Below, one piece after another: positions 1-9,738 of a stretch of 64,000 nucleotides of DNA. Both the position numbers and the translations under genes were made by a program. Positions within the stretch are counted from its first letter, which is position 1. Each line of letters opens with the position of its first letter. Below the pieces are notes generated by a model. The model was not told the origin of the DNA. It did no database searches and saw only the letters and a program-made list of their open reading frames with translations. Source of the stretch: Nanobdellota archaeon (lineage in GTDB: Archaea > Nanobdellota > Nanobdellia > Parvarchaeales > Parvarchaeaceae); NCBI GenBank assembly GCA_021807125.1, contig JAKAPK010000001.1:251079-315078 (forward strand). The letters are read 5' to 3'.

Positions 1-413
1 AGTTCGTTTTTTACCATTTTTACATCGTTCAGCGGCTCGTAATTTGACGTATGCATACCTTCGGAGTCGGTTGTGCCAGACGCGTCAACCACTTCTATAA
101 GCCCGTCAGCTTCCATAGCATCGCTTAGAAATTTGTTTCCGAGACCCCTTCCTTCGTGAGCGTTCTCTACCAATCCTGCGACATCTATCATCTCCAGAGG
201 TACAAAACGTGTTCCATGTTTACACGGAGCGTTGTGCGGACTGCATTTCTTTCCAAATTCGGATTCTGGACACTTAACTGTAACATAAGCTATGCCTCTG
301 TTCGGTTCTATTGTAGTGAAAGGCCGGTCTTCTATTTTTATATTTTCGAGAGTAAGCGCTTTAAAGAAAGTGCTCTTTCCAACATTTGTTCTGCCTATTA
401 CGCCTATTTTCAT
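1..413 (-). CDS. ychF: YchF/Obg-family translation-associated GTPase (runs off the window start)
   Basis: Manual translation from ATG 413: MKIGVIGRTNVGKSTFF (P-loop), PFTTIEPN (G2), DVAGLV...EGRGLGNKFL (G3). Not in the ORF track because it is truncated. Confidence 0.93.
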   Translation of the reverse strand, partial: MKIGVIGRTNVGKSTFFKALTLENIKIEDRPFTTIEPNRGIAYVTVKCPESEFGKKCSPHNAPCKHGTRFVPLEMIDVAGLVENAHEGRGLGNKFLSDAMEADGLIEVVDASGTTDSEGMHTSNYEPLNDVKMVKNE

Positions 414-766
414 AGTAAGATATAAATTATAACCGAGCCGATTATACAAGGTATTAAGAACAAGACTTGATAATTTATTATCCGGGTAAGGTCAGATTTT
501 ACTGCCGTATAAAACGCAGATAACATTACGTTTAATATAGCCACAAGGTATAATATCACTACATAGAAATCACCTGCGTATGCATAAGACGCCAGTATAA
601 CTAGGACTTCAACCGCTATAACTGCGAACCCGAATAATTTGTTTATCTTTATCCTTTTGCCTAGCTTTTCTATCTCCGATTCTGCGTAAAACCCTACAAA
701 GTAACCGCCAGGAAAAGAGAATGATAAAAATAACGCGGCGAGTATTTCGTTTATAAGTGAAATCAT
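410..766 (-). CDS. Small multi-pass membrane protein, unknown function
   Basis: 118 aa with about 4 hydrophobic segments; stop overlaps the ychF start (ATGA). Confidence 0.75.
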   Translation of the reverse strand: MISLINEILAALFLSFSFPGGYFVGFYAESEIEKLGKRIKINKLFGFAVIAVEVLVILASYAYAGDFYVVILYLVAILNVMLSAFYTAVKSDLTRIINYQVLFLIPCIIGSVIIYILL

Positions 767-842
767 TTAATCTATTGTACAGATTCTAATAAAAGGGTTA
801 TTATATATAACTATAGCAATCTAAACTGTTAATTGGTATCCG

Positions 843-2390
843 ATGGCAGAAAAGGAGTATGTCAGCGAAGAACTCGAAGAAGAAAGGCGCACGGTAGCGA
901 CAAACAGCGTATATTCCTTTAGCAGATCGATATCGCGTTTCGTGCTGTCATTTATAGTGAGCATATTTCTAGTAAGAGTTCTCGGAGCACAAAACTACGG
1001 ATTATATTCTTTAGTAGTTATTTATTGGACGGTCTTTGAAGGATTGTCAACGTTCGGCATAGACGGAATGATAAGTTACGCAGTGGCAAGATATCGCGCG
1101 CAGGGCAAATATAGTAAGTTAAAATGGGTAGTTAAACATTATTTTTATTTAATCGTCGTTACTTCGATAGTTTTGTCGTTCGTGATGTTCATAAGTGCGA
1201 ACATAATATCTTATTTTTACAATTTGCCGCAGATGGCATATCTTCTTAAGATATTGTCAGTAGGGCTGGTTTTTTATGTGATAGCTGACAGGTTCATTCC
1301 AAACATATTTCAGGGATTCCAAAAAATGAAATATACTTTAATAGCAGGAGTAACGCTTGATGCTTTACGCGGAGTACAAGTAGTCGTGGTTGTAATAGGA
1401 TTCGGGCTTGTTGGCGCAATAGCGTTTTATGATATAACTTACGCAATAATAGCAGCAATATCAATATATTTCTTGTATTCCCTAACAAAGAACATTAAAT
1501 CTTATTCAATACCCTCAAAAAATGAGAGCAAGAGATTGATGCACTATAGCGTGTTCACTTACGAAAGCATGTTAATGTTTCTCGTTTCTAGCCCAATGAT
1601 AACTCTGTTGCTTGGTTATTTCGCCTTCAACACCAGCTATGTAAGCTTTTTCAGGGTAGCGAACCTGATGTCGGGTATAATCTACATGCCAATGGGTGCG
1701 TTAGGATCCGCTTTCTTTGCAACAATAACGAAGTACTTTGTAAAAAAAGACTATACTAACTTTTATGCTCTTCAAAATACTCTTATAAGGTATTCTGCAC
1801 TGTCGGTTATACCCTTAGTCGTAGCTTCTATAATAGCCTCAAATCAAATAATAGAGTTCTTTTATCGTTCGGCAATGTCCAGTGCCGTAATACCATTTAT
1901 AATTTTGCTTATACCAATAGCAATATCGAGTGTATTCGGGCCTATAGTAATAGTACTTAGCGCTATAGGAAAACAAAAGTATTTCATGTACTCTAATCTG
2001 GCTGCGACGATAGTCAGCATAGTGGCATCGATAACGCTTATACCTATGTTTTTATCAGAAGGCGCAGCCATCGTTTCAATGGCCGTTAGTATGTCGGCGC
2101 TGTTTACTAATCTGTATTTTACATCTAAATACATAAAAATAAGACTTCCCATAATTGCGATACTTAAATCTATATTTTCGACTGGGATAATGGGAATCTA
2201 TACATTTCTGTTGTTGGCTATTACACCCTTGATAATGCTGCCGCTTGTCCTCATATCTGCCATAACTCTGTATGTCTTTATACTGTACTTTGTAAAAGCC
2301 ATAACCGACAAGGATATAAAATTTATACTGAGATTAAGCGGTCTGGGTAATTTATTAAGGAGATATGGTTTATACAACGGCAAAAGCTGA
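843..2390 (+). CDS. Polysaccharide/oligosaccharide flippase (Wzx/RfbX, MOP superfamily)
   Basis: 515 aa, about 14 TM segments, N-terminal 'RVLGAQNYGLYS' typical of Wzx-like flippases; close to aglB. Confidence 0.85.
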   Translation: MAEKEYVSEELEEERRTVATNSVYSFSRSISRFVLSFIVSIFLVRVLGAQNYGLYSLVVIYWTVFEGLSTFGIDGMISYAVARYRAQGKYSKLKWVVKHYFYLIVVTSIVLSFVMFISANIISYFYNLPQMAYLLKILSVGLVFYVIADRFIPNIFQGFQKMKYTLIAGVTLDALRGVQVVVVVIGFGLVGAIAFYDITYAIIAAISIYFLYSLTKNIKSYSIPSKNESKRLMHYSVFTYESMLMFLVSSPMITLLLGYFAFNTSYVSFFRVANLMSGIIYMPMGALGSAFFATITKYFVKKDYTNFYALQNTLIRYSALSVIPLVVASIIASNQIIEFFYRSAMSSAVIPFIILLIPIAISSVFGPIVIVLSAIGKQKYFMYSNLAATIVSIVASITLIPMFLSEGAAIVSMAVSMSALFTNLYFTSKYIKIRLPIIAILKSIFSTGIMGIYTFLLLAITPLIMLPLVLISAITLYVFILYFVKAITDKDIKFILRLSGLGNLLRRYGLYNGKS

Positions 2391-2455
2391 ATGATACGTT
2401 GTTCATAAAAACATATAAAACATATAACCTAGCTGTGCATAGTCAATAATGAGAA

Positions 2456-3229
2456 ATGAATGCAAGTGAAATTATGCGATTGAATACAAAATCTGTCAAT
2501 TTAGAACTGAATATAGAATCAAAAAAACTCTTATGCAACGGCTCCGAAGTGCCCTTTTCTGTAAGAAGGCTCGGTGATATGTCACCCGTACTGTTGAGTG
2601 CGAATCTTATTAACAAGAACAATCGCGATGATGTCTTATATTATATGTATAGAGCTGCCGGTCTTTCGATAAATCCAACCATATTCGAGGCGCACAACAT
2701 GCGCTATGATGTCACTATGATGGTAAATTACAATCTTGGAAAGGAATTTAATAAGACGTTCGGACATTACCATCCGCTTGCCGAGAACGACCTAAGTTAT
2801 CCAGAAATATACGAACTGCTATATGGTGAAGCAATGTATGTTCTTCAGGCAAAACAAGGCGATGAGTATAAAGTTAGACTCGTACGCGCTAAAAAAGGAG
2901 ATCGTATAATCATGCCGCCTAACTACGGGCATATAACCGTTAACGTAGGTAACGGACCATTGGTGGAAGCCAACCTTGTTAGTTCGAAATTCAAATCCGA
3001 CTATATGCCTATAAAGGATATGGGCGGCGGCGCGGTATACGTGTTAAATGATAACAATATAGTAGTGAATAAAAATTACAGCAACGTTTCGATAGGCTAT
3101 TTTGAAGAGCCAGAAGAGCTTGCATTTCTTGACAACAGCAAGAGCCTTTATGATGAGTATATAGCGCATCCAGAGCATTTTGAGTTCCTTGAAAAACCGA
3201 GTTTACTTGCTGGGAAGATAACGCAGTAA
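2456..3229 (+). CDS. pgiA: Cupin-type glucose-6-phosphate isomerase
   Basis: Motifs 'LYYMYR', 'RYDVT', 'KTFGHYHP', 'YPEIYELLYGEA', 'PPNYGHITVN'. Confidence 0.85.
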   Translation: MNASEIMRLNTKSVNLELNIESKKLLCNGSEVPFSVRRLGDMSPVLLSANLINKNNRDDVLYYMYRAAGLSINPTIFEAHNMRYDVTMMVNYNLGKEFNKTFGHYHPLAENDLSYPEIYELLYGEAMYVLQAKQGDEYKVRLVRAKKGDRIIMPPNYGHITVNVGNGPLVEANLVSSKFKSDYMPIKDMGGGAVYVLNDNNIVVNKNYSNVSIGYFEEPEELAFLDNSKSLYDEYIAHPEHFEFLEKPSLLAGKITQ

Positions 3230-3312
3230 AGTACTTTATTACAGGCGAAGATAATATCTATCCAAATAACCTTTAAAAAGCACTGTTGTATTGTTTAATA
3301 CTATAAAGTTTT

Positions 3313-6300
3313 ATGGACGAGAGTGAAATAAAAAACCTTGAAAAGAAGATAGATTCTGATTACTCAAAACTCGGCAGCGAAATAAAGAAGGAAGAAAAAT
3401 TAGTTGAAAAGGAGATAGAAAAGACGCATGCTGAAAAAACGGCGATAACGGAAATAGAGCTTGAAATAAACGCCGAAAGTATAAAGCGTTTCGGTAGAGT
3501 ATTGTATGATATATTCATAGCTAAAAAGGTACTTTTTTATGTCATTTTGGCACTGGCGGTCATAATCGGTTTTGAGATAAGAATCGCCAGCCTTCCCGCA
3601 CTCGGTGCATCACCTCTAATAGGCAATAATTATCTTAACGTAGGCGGTTCTCTGTCAGGTTTGGACCCATATATATTCTATATAGAAGCTGTAAACATAC
3701 TCCATTTCGGTAATGTGCCGCTTACCGAGCACTTAGAATATTTACCCATAGGTTATCCTGCTAGAGTAGATAGGTACGTAGTTTCTTTCTTTGGCGCGTA
3801 TGCGTATAATCTGCTGCATTTTATAGAACCATCGGCGACTTTGATGACGTGGTTTATGGTGATACCGCCGTTTACTGCGATATTTATGACGATATTGTTA
3901 TTTTTTATAATACTGGAATTGTTTAATGATTACTGGGCCGCCTCTATAGGAGCGCTAATGTTCCCCGCGTTCCAGACTCTACTTAGTCGTGCAGTGGCCG
4001 GTTTTTCAGACAAAGAGATGATAGGTTTCATGTTTATGCTTTTAGCCATCTTAATGATTATAAAACTCATAAAGAGCAAGAATGTTAGTTCTAAAGTCGT
4101 CTTTGGTTTCATGCTAGCTCTTGCTACAGGATTAACTGGCGCCTCGACAGGTTATGTGCAGTATCTTGCTCTTGGTATACCTGCAGTGTTTATCGCTCTT
4201 ATAATGTTGGATTTCGCAAAAAAAGGGGATCTATACGCGTTCCTGCCATTTGGGCTATGGATTCTATTTACAGAAAGTATGGTCTATCAGCCAATCAGCT
4301 CGCTACTTACTAATATAATATATTTACCCACTTATTTTGTTTATTTATTGATTTTGTTTAAATTGTTTGTATACGACAAATACAAGTCAAAGCTAAAGAT
4401 TCCTTTTGTTGGACATGGAGTCTCTTTAGTCGTCTACAGCGGACTCGTGGCTATAGGGCTACTTGGAGTTACAGGACTTAACCGTCTGTTTAACATATTT
4501 TCCACTATAGTGTCTGAAATCGCTTATCCTCTTGGTATAGGACAACCTAATCCCGTGTCATTGACCGTTGCGGAATATGCCCCACAGACCCTCGCACAAA
4601 GAATATGCGATTATAACTTCTTCTTAGGCTCATGCGGAGACCCAAATACCATAGGCCTGAATTTGATTTTATTTTACGGAGGAATGTTCTTCTTATTATA
4701 CCTTATAGCAAAAAGATTTAAACACGGAAATGCGCTGTACCTTTTCGCACTGCCTATAATTATGCTGCTAAATGGAGGTACGTTCACGCCTGGAAACGGC
4801 TCAAATTCGCTTGTAGCACTATTTTCCTTCGCAGCTCTTTTACCGTTGGTTGATTGGGCAATAAACAGGAAAAAATCACAGCGAAAAATTTCAGTATCCA
4901 TATTATTGGTGTTAATACTGGTTTCTATGATATTATCAGTGTCGTTTTCAGGTATAAACCAGACAACTAATTATTACAAATACGCAGCCATAGCATTTGC
5001 AGTGCTTATTCTTATTTGGGCCGCGTTCGATAAACTGGAAGACGATGCACAAAACAAGCCCATATATCTTGTGATGCTTATATTTTTCGTATTGACGATG
5101 GCCCTTTCAAACCTTGAAACATGGCTCATACAAATAACCGAATTAATAGCGGCAGTATTGATACCGTTTGCGATAGTATTTATGACACGTTCTGGCGTTA
5201 CACTATCTAGAATGCTATTTAAGAAGCATGGATACGTGCTATTTGCAGGCGCCATAATAATCCTAGCAATTGCTTTCGTTGCTTACGATCTTTACACCAG
5301 TCTTAATTACTCTTATGCTGTGGCACAGAGCAGCGGGAGCGGCCTAGCACTCTGGGGGCCTTCGCTTCTTTGGGTAAATCAGAATACACCTTATAATTCA
5401 ACGCTGATATCGTGGTGGGATTACGGTTATTGGGAAGAAGCAATAGGAAACCGTACAACGGTTGCTGATGGAAGCAACGCATTCGGTTATCAGTCTATGA
5501 TAGCAAAATACTTCTTTGAAGCTACCTCGCCTTATCAATATGCTACATACCTGAATTTCGTGCATCAGCCCACTTATGCAGTTATAAGCGGGAGTGAAGT
5601 ACTGAAGTTTTCTGCTATATCGACTATAGCGCTCAATTACACCCAGTTTACTCCTATGACACAATCACCTAGCTCTGCACTCAATACGCAGAACATAGGA
5701 AACAAGAGCTACAAATACTTGGCTATTTTTGGAGGTAACAACGCAGGGATAGGTCCTGTAGAACAAAATATGGTGGTCAATGGAGAACCGTGGAACTCTT
5801 CTGAAACGTTATTGGTAAATGTATTGATACCGTTCAATTATACGAACGGTACATACGTTGAAGGACCACCTTATGGCGTGGTTTATAACCCACTTACTCA
5901 ACAGCTGTCAAACGCATTACCGATTAATAATTACTGTGTGTACGGCTCGGGATGCGTGAATGAGAGTAATAGTGGCATACCTGGAGCGATAATGCTTCTT
6001 AATGGTACAGACACCCCTGTATTGCATATAGGCGGTTATTCTCAATTCCCGGGAGGGTACGCTACCGCTCCGATTAACATGCAGGCCTACGGAAATTCAC
6101 CGTCGCTACTGTACATGCCACAGAAATCGCTTAACACGTTGTTTGTTAAATTATACCTTCTAAATGAAACGGTTCCTGGATTCAAGCTTGTTTTCACTGA
6201 TAATCTGCCAGCAGATTCTCTTCTCAGCATTGAGAACCAAGTGCTTACCAACATAAACATCTATCAGATTAACTACACAGCGCTTCAAAAATACATGCTA

Positions 6301-6411
6301 ACGGGACAATGTTCGATAGATACATCGGCACAGAACTATTGTGCAAACCTGAATTATTTACCAGGAGTATACTTTAACAATACGCAGCTCATTTCTGGTA
6401 CGCCGATATGA
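3313..6411 (+). CDS. aglB: Oligosaccharyltransferase AglB (STT3)
   Basis: 'DPY' near the N-terminus, 'GFSDKE', 'TVAEY', WWDYG motif, many TM segments. Confidence 0.95.
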   Translation: MDESEIKNLEKKIDSDYSKLGSEIKKEEKLVEKEIEKTHAEKTAITEIELEINAESIKRFGRVLYDIFIAKKVLFYVILALAVIIGFEIRIASLPALGASPLIGNNYLNVGGSLSGLDPYIFYIEAVNILHFGNVPLTEHLEYLPIGYPARVDRYVVSFFGAYAYNLLHFIEPSATLMTWFMVIPPFTAIFMTILLFFIILELFNDYWAASIGALMFPAFQTLLSRAVAGFSDKEMIGFMFMLLAILMIIKLIKSKNVSSKVVFGFMLALATGLTGASTGYVQYLALGIPAVFIALIMLDFAKKGDLYAFLPFGLWILFTESMVYQPISSLLTNIIYLPTYFVYLLILFKLFVYDKYKSKLKIPFVGHGVSLVVYSGLVAIGLLGVTGLNRLFNIFSTIVSEIAYPLGIGQPNPVSLTVAEYAPQTLAQRICDYNFFLGSCGDPNTIGLNLILFYGGMFFLLYLIAKRFKHGNALYLFALPIIMLLNGGTFTPGNGSNSLVALFSFAALLPLVDWAINRKKSQRKISVSILLVLILVSMILSVSFSGINQTTNYYKYAAIAFAVLILIWAAFDKLEDDAQNKPIYLVMLIFFVLTMALSNLETWLIQITELIAAVLIPFAIVFMTRSGVTLSRMLFKKHGYVLFAGAIIILAIAFVAYDLYTSLNYSYAVAQSSGSGLALWGPSLLWVNQNTPYNSTLISWWDYGYWEEAIGNRTTVADGSNAFGYQSMIAKYFFEATSPYQYATYLNFVHQPTYAVISGSEVLKFSAISTIALNYTQFTPMTQSPSSALNTQNIGNKSYKYLAIFGGNNAGIGPVEQNMVVNGEPWNSSETLLVNVLIPFNYTNGTYVEGPPYGVVYNPLTQQLSNALPINNYCVYGSGCVNESNSGIPGAIMLLNGTDTPVLHIGGYSQFPGGYATAPINMQAYGNSPSLLYMPQKSLNTLFVKLYLLNETVPGFKLVFTDNLPADSLLSIENQVLTNINIYQINYTALQKYMLTGQCSIDTSAQNYCANLNYLPGVYFNNTQLISGTPI

Positions 6412-6956
6412 ACGTCATAATATCCGGACTGACGGCCTCCGGAAAATCTACACTTGCTAGAAATATAGCAGCGGATTTTAATCTTACTTATTTCTCTGCA
6501 AGTTCGAAGCTGCGTGAACTGCTTCCGCCAAAAGAATTTCAGTTTTGGGAATCAAAAAAAGGGATAGACGCGATAAAATTCAGGTTATCTCATCCGAAAT
6601 ACGATAAACTGCTGGATTCTTATATAATAAAATACATGTCTGAAAACGATAATCTGATAATAGACAGTTGGGTTGCTTCATGGAAAGTAAAAGATGATAG
6701 GACAATTAAAATATATCTTAAGGCCACGATTGAAGAACGTGCAAGAAGAGTTAGCGGAAGAGACGGAGTAGATTATAAGAACGCTCTTGATTTCATGAAA
6801 ACAAAGGACAAACTAACATCGAAGATATACAAACAAGTCTATGATATAGACGTTATAAGTGATTTGACTCCCTTTAATCTTGTGGTTGACTCGACAAAAT
6901 TGGATGCGGAAGTCCTAAAAACCGTTTGTGAAACTTTCTTACACAGCGTAAAATAA
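6408..6956 (+). CDS. cmk: Cytidylate kinase, archaeal type
   Basis: 'IIISGLTASGKST' P-loop, 'YLKATIEERARRV..RD'; upstream of cbf5 as in many archaea. Confidence 0.85.
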   Translation: MNVIISGLTASGKSTLARNIAADFNLTYFSASSKLRELLPPKEFQFWESKKGIDAIKFRLSHPKYDKLLDSYIIKYMSENDNLIIDSWVASWKVKDDRTIKIYLKATIEERARRVSGRDGVDYKNALDFMKTKDKLTSKIYKQVYDIDVISDLTPFNLVVDSTKLDAEVLKTVCETFLHSVK

Positions 6957-6986
6957 TTATTTAACCTAACTCTGAGCAATTATTTA

Positions 6987-8000
6987 ATGGGTTTACCATT
7001 TGAGAACATAAAGCGCGATGTGCATGTGCTTCGTGATGAATCTACGGAAGACGGATACGGAATATACCCCGAAAAAAGGACTATATCCCAAAAGCTTGAA
7101 GGAGGATTTATACTTCTGGATAAGCCGTCCGGTATAAGGTCTAGGACCGCCGCAGAAACCGCAAAACGCATGCTGTCCTCTTTAGGCGTTAGTAAACTGG
7201 GTTACTCCGGGACCTTAGAACAATGAGGAAATCCTGCAGTTACAGGTTTATTACCGCTAACATTGAACCGCGCAAACAAAGTCGTATCTATGCTCTTATT
7301 GGGCGGTAAAGAATACGTCGGTATTATGCACCTCCACGGCGCCGTTTCGTCGGAAACGCTTGAGAAAACAATAAAATCTTTTACCGGGAAGATAACTCAG
7401 CTTCCGCCAGTAAGATCAAACGTCAAGCGCGCTCTAAGAGAAAGAGAGGTCTTCTATCTTGATATCCTTGAAGTAATGGACAAAGACGTGCTGTTTAAAA
7501 CCGGTGTTCAATCCGGTACTTATATAAGAAAATTAGTCCATGATATCGGACAAACACTAGGTACTGGCGCACACATGTCAGAATTGAGAAGAACAAAAGT
7601 ATGTTCGCTTAAAGAAAGTGACAGGCTCGTTACTCTACAGGATATAGACGATGCCGTTTTTTATTATGTCAACGAAAACGATGGCAAATTCCTAAATTAC
7701 TGCGTTCAAAACATAGAATCTGCTATTGATTTCATGCCGAAGGTATTCTTATCAGATTATGCGGTGGACACCATATGTCATGGTTCACCGGTAGCAGTTC
7801 CAGGAATAGTAAAATTCAATGATTTTTCTAAAAATGAAAAGATAGCACTATTCAGCCTTAAAGGGGAACTCGTGGCGATTGGGGATTCAATTGTGGAATC
7901 ACAAAATCTTTATGGAATGGAAAAAGGCATTGTTGTTAAAACGGATTCGGTTGTTATGCCTATAGGCACATATCCAAAATACGAACGTGAAAAGGTTTAA
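6987..8000 (+). CDS. cbf5: tRNA/rRNA pseudouridine synthase Cbf5 (TruB family), interrupted by a 12-nt intron at 7219-7230
   Basis: ORFs 6987-7226 and 7263-8000 are in the same frame. Motifs 'LDKPSG', 'GYSGTL[D]PAVTGLL', 'KEYVGIMHLH', 'GTYIRKL', C-terminal PUA domain. Removing 7219-7230 removes the TGA and rebuilds TTA-GAT-CCT (L-D-P). Confidence 0.93.
7219..7230 (+). other. Bulge-helix-bulge (BHB) intron in cbf5 pre-mRNA (AACAATGAGGAA)
   Basis: CGGGA(7208-12) pairs TCCTG(7232-36); helix CCTT(7213-16)/GAGG(7225-28); 3-nt bulges AGA(7217-19) and AAA(7229-31). Cutting after the 2nd bulge nucleotide restores the catalytic Asp codon. Confidence 0.88.
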
Positions 8001-8026
8001 TTTGCCCAGCGCGCGGTATCTAATCA

Positions 8027-8100
8027 GGGGTGGTGATCTAGCTTGGTATGATGCCAGACTCGGGCTCTGGCAGTCCTGGGTTCAAATCCCAGCCGCCCCA
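8027..8100 (+). tRNA. tRNA-Pro(CGG)
   Basis: Acceptor GGGGTGG/CCGCCCC, anticodon arm CCAGA-CTCGGGC-TCTGG, T-arm CTGGG-TTCAAAT-CCCAG; no encoded CCA. Confidence 0.95.
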
Positions 8101-8325
8101 TAGCGAATATATAATAATTGCTCTCTAAGAGGGAAGACACTCCCATGGGCGAGTGGAGTTTAGGCCCGCATGTTTATGATGCTACGGATCCGGGTTTTGA
8201 GAATTCTGAAATTTACGTAGATACCATAGCTAAATTAGGATAACTATGATCTATTAGGCAGGCTGGCTACAAAATATCCTTGACTGGTGCGATCTTTGAC
8301 TTATACATAACTTTTCTTAAAAATG

Positions 8326-8437
8326 TGGGGTCAGCCGGATTTGAACCGACGTCAAGCGCTTTCACCTTTAATCATCCTTGCGTCATTTTTCCAGTCAAGC
8401 TGGAGGCGCTTGTTCTACCGGGCTAAACTATGACCCC
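8326..8437 (-). tRNA. tRNA-Trp(CCA) with a 39-nt intron at position 37/38 (8361-8399)
   Basis: Reverse complement: GGGGTCA...AGCGC-CTCCAG^intron^A-GCGCT...GTCGG-TTCAAAT-CCGGC-TGACCCC-A; relaxed BHB (CTCC/GGTG helix). Confidence 0.92.
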
Positions 8438-8439
8438 AC

Positions 8440-8970
8440 TTAAGTGAATATTCTGTATTTATCCTTTCCTTCAAGCTCTTCCATTACTCTTTCAGCTATG
8501 TCTTTTTCTATGCTTGATGGTAACTGCAGTCTTTTATTTATATCTTCATAATCCAAAAATGGCTGTTTTTTTCGTTCATCTATTATTTTCTGAGTCATTT
8601 TTTTGCCTATATTTGGTATCAATTCCAATGAATTTAGCCTTACGTTTACAGGTCCCAAAACATTTATTATCGTAGTGAATTTTTGCTCTTCTTCTTTAAC
8701 TCTCTTAGATATTAATTCGGCCAATCTTTCTTTTCCTGCACCACTTAGTTTTTCTGGTTTTATCCTGCCGATTATATGGTGTATTTCATCTCTTTTGTTC
8801 TCACCTATGTATACTTTCTTTTCTGATTCAAGAGATACGTCTTTTTTTGTAGCTGCTACAAGTAATGATAGAGAATCTGTGAGTATTATTGCGGATGCCT
8901 TGTGGTCTTTTGAGTCCATAAGACCGTGTGGTAGGTATTCTATCACATAAGCATATTCGTCTTTTCCCAT
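8440..8970 (-). CDS. DUF655 family RNA-binding protein (HhH)
   Basis: 'EYAYVIEYLPHG', 'VYIG..KRDEI', 'RLNSLELIPNIGKK'; conserved rpl21e-rpo4-DUF655 synteny. Confidence 0.9.
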   Translation of the reverse strand: MGKDEYAYVIEYLPHGLMDSKDHKASAIILTDSLSLLVAATKKDVSLESEKKVYIGENKRDEIHHIIGRIKPEKLSGAGKERLAELISKRVKEEEQKFTTIINVLGPVNVRLNSLELIPNIGKKMTQKIIDERKKQPFLDYEDINKRLQLPSSIEKDIAERVMEELEGKDKYRIFT

Positions 8971-8989
8971 AAGGATATAAGGATTTTAC

Positions 8990-9313
8990 TTAGCTATATT
9001 TCTTTAGAACCGCAAGAATTTTCTTTATATCCTCCTCTTTTACTACTTCTTTTAGGGGAGAAAGTATCGCACGTACCTGGTCGACAGAAGTAGGCGCTGC
9101 GTCGATTATCATGCGTATATAGTCATCGCGTATAGAAAGATTTAAAGCCTGAATATCGGAAAATGCTTTATCAAAATCCGACAATTTTATGTTTTTGGTT
9201 ATATGTTCGACCAATTTCTTACCTAGTTCTAAGTTTGAATCAACGTACTTAGCGTATTTCTCCTTTACTTCAGTTTCGCTTATCAACTTTTCATCAACTA
9301 TTTCGTATTCCAT
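8990..9313 (-). CDS. rpo4: RNA polymerase subunit Rpo4 (F)
   Basis: Size, 'IIDAAPTSVDQVRAIL', position between rpl21e and DUF655. Confidence 0.85.
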   Translation of the reverse strand: MEYEIVDEKLISETEVKEKYAKYVDSNLELGKKLVEHITKNIKLSDFDKAFSDIQALNLSIRDDYIRMIIDAAPTSVDQVRAILSPLKEVVKEEDIKKILAVLKKYS

Positions 9314-9316
9314 GTT

Positions 9317-9607
9317 TCAGACCTTTTTTAAGTGGACTGGTAGTATATTTACGTACTTTATCGCTTTTCCCGAAATGAATTCCACGGTGTAGGACCTACC
9401 GCGCTGCTCTATCACCTTTCCAGCCACACCAAAAAATCTCCTGTGAGGTATGTTCTTTTGTACGGATGGATCAGGGATTACAACGACTCTATCATTAACA
9501 TTGAAAGATTGAAGAGCAGCTTTTATGTTTATTTTACCGTGTTCATCAACGGCTCTGGTTAGTCTATTTCTAGATCTTCTGTGCATTCCTTTTCCTGTTG
9601 TTGCCAT
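9317..9607 (-). CDS. rpl21e: 50S ribosomal protein L21e
   Basis: 'KGMHRRSRNRL', 'DPSVQKNIPHRRFFG', 'PVHLK'. Confidence 0.95.
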   Translation of the reverse strand: MATTGKGMHRRSRNRLTRAVDEHGKINIKAALQSFNVNDRVVVIPDPSVQKNIPHRRFFGVAGKVIEQRGRSYTVEFISGKAIKYVNILPVHLKKV

Positions 9608-9738
9608 ATTAATCCTGTATTGAGATATACAGATTTTTTGCCATTATAAACTTTGCTATCCTTATATATGCTTATTATTTTTACGCTTATTGTGCTTATT
9701 AAGTTTATAAGCAAGTATACTTCTAATAATTATTTGTC

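Noticed and set aside
7224-7226. In-frame TGA in cbf5 as selenocysteine, stop-codon reassignment or pseudogene
   Set aside because: Readthrough would give L-E-Q-X-G-N-P without the catalytic Asp, and TGA ends many normal genes here. The BHB intron explains both the stop and the four extra codons.
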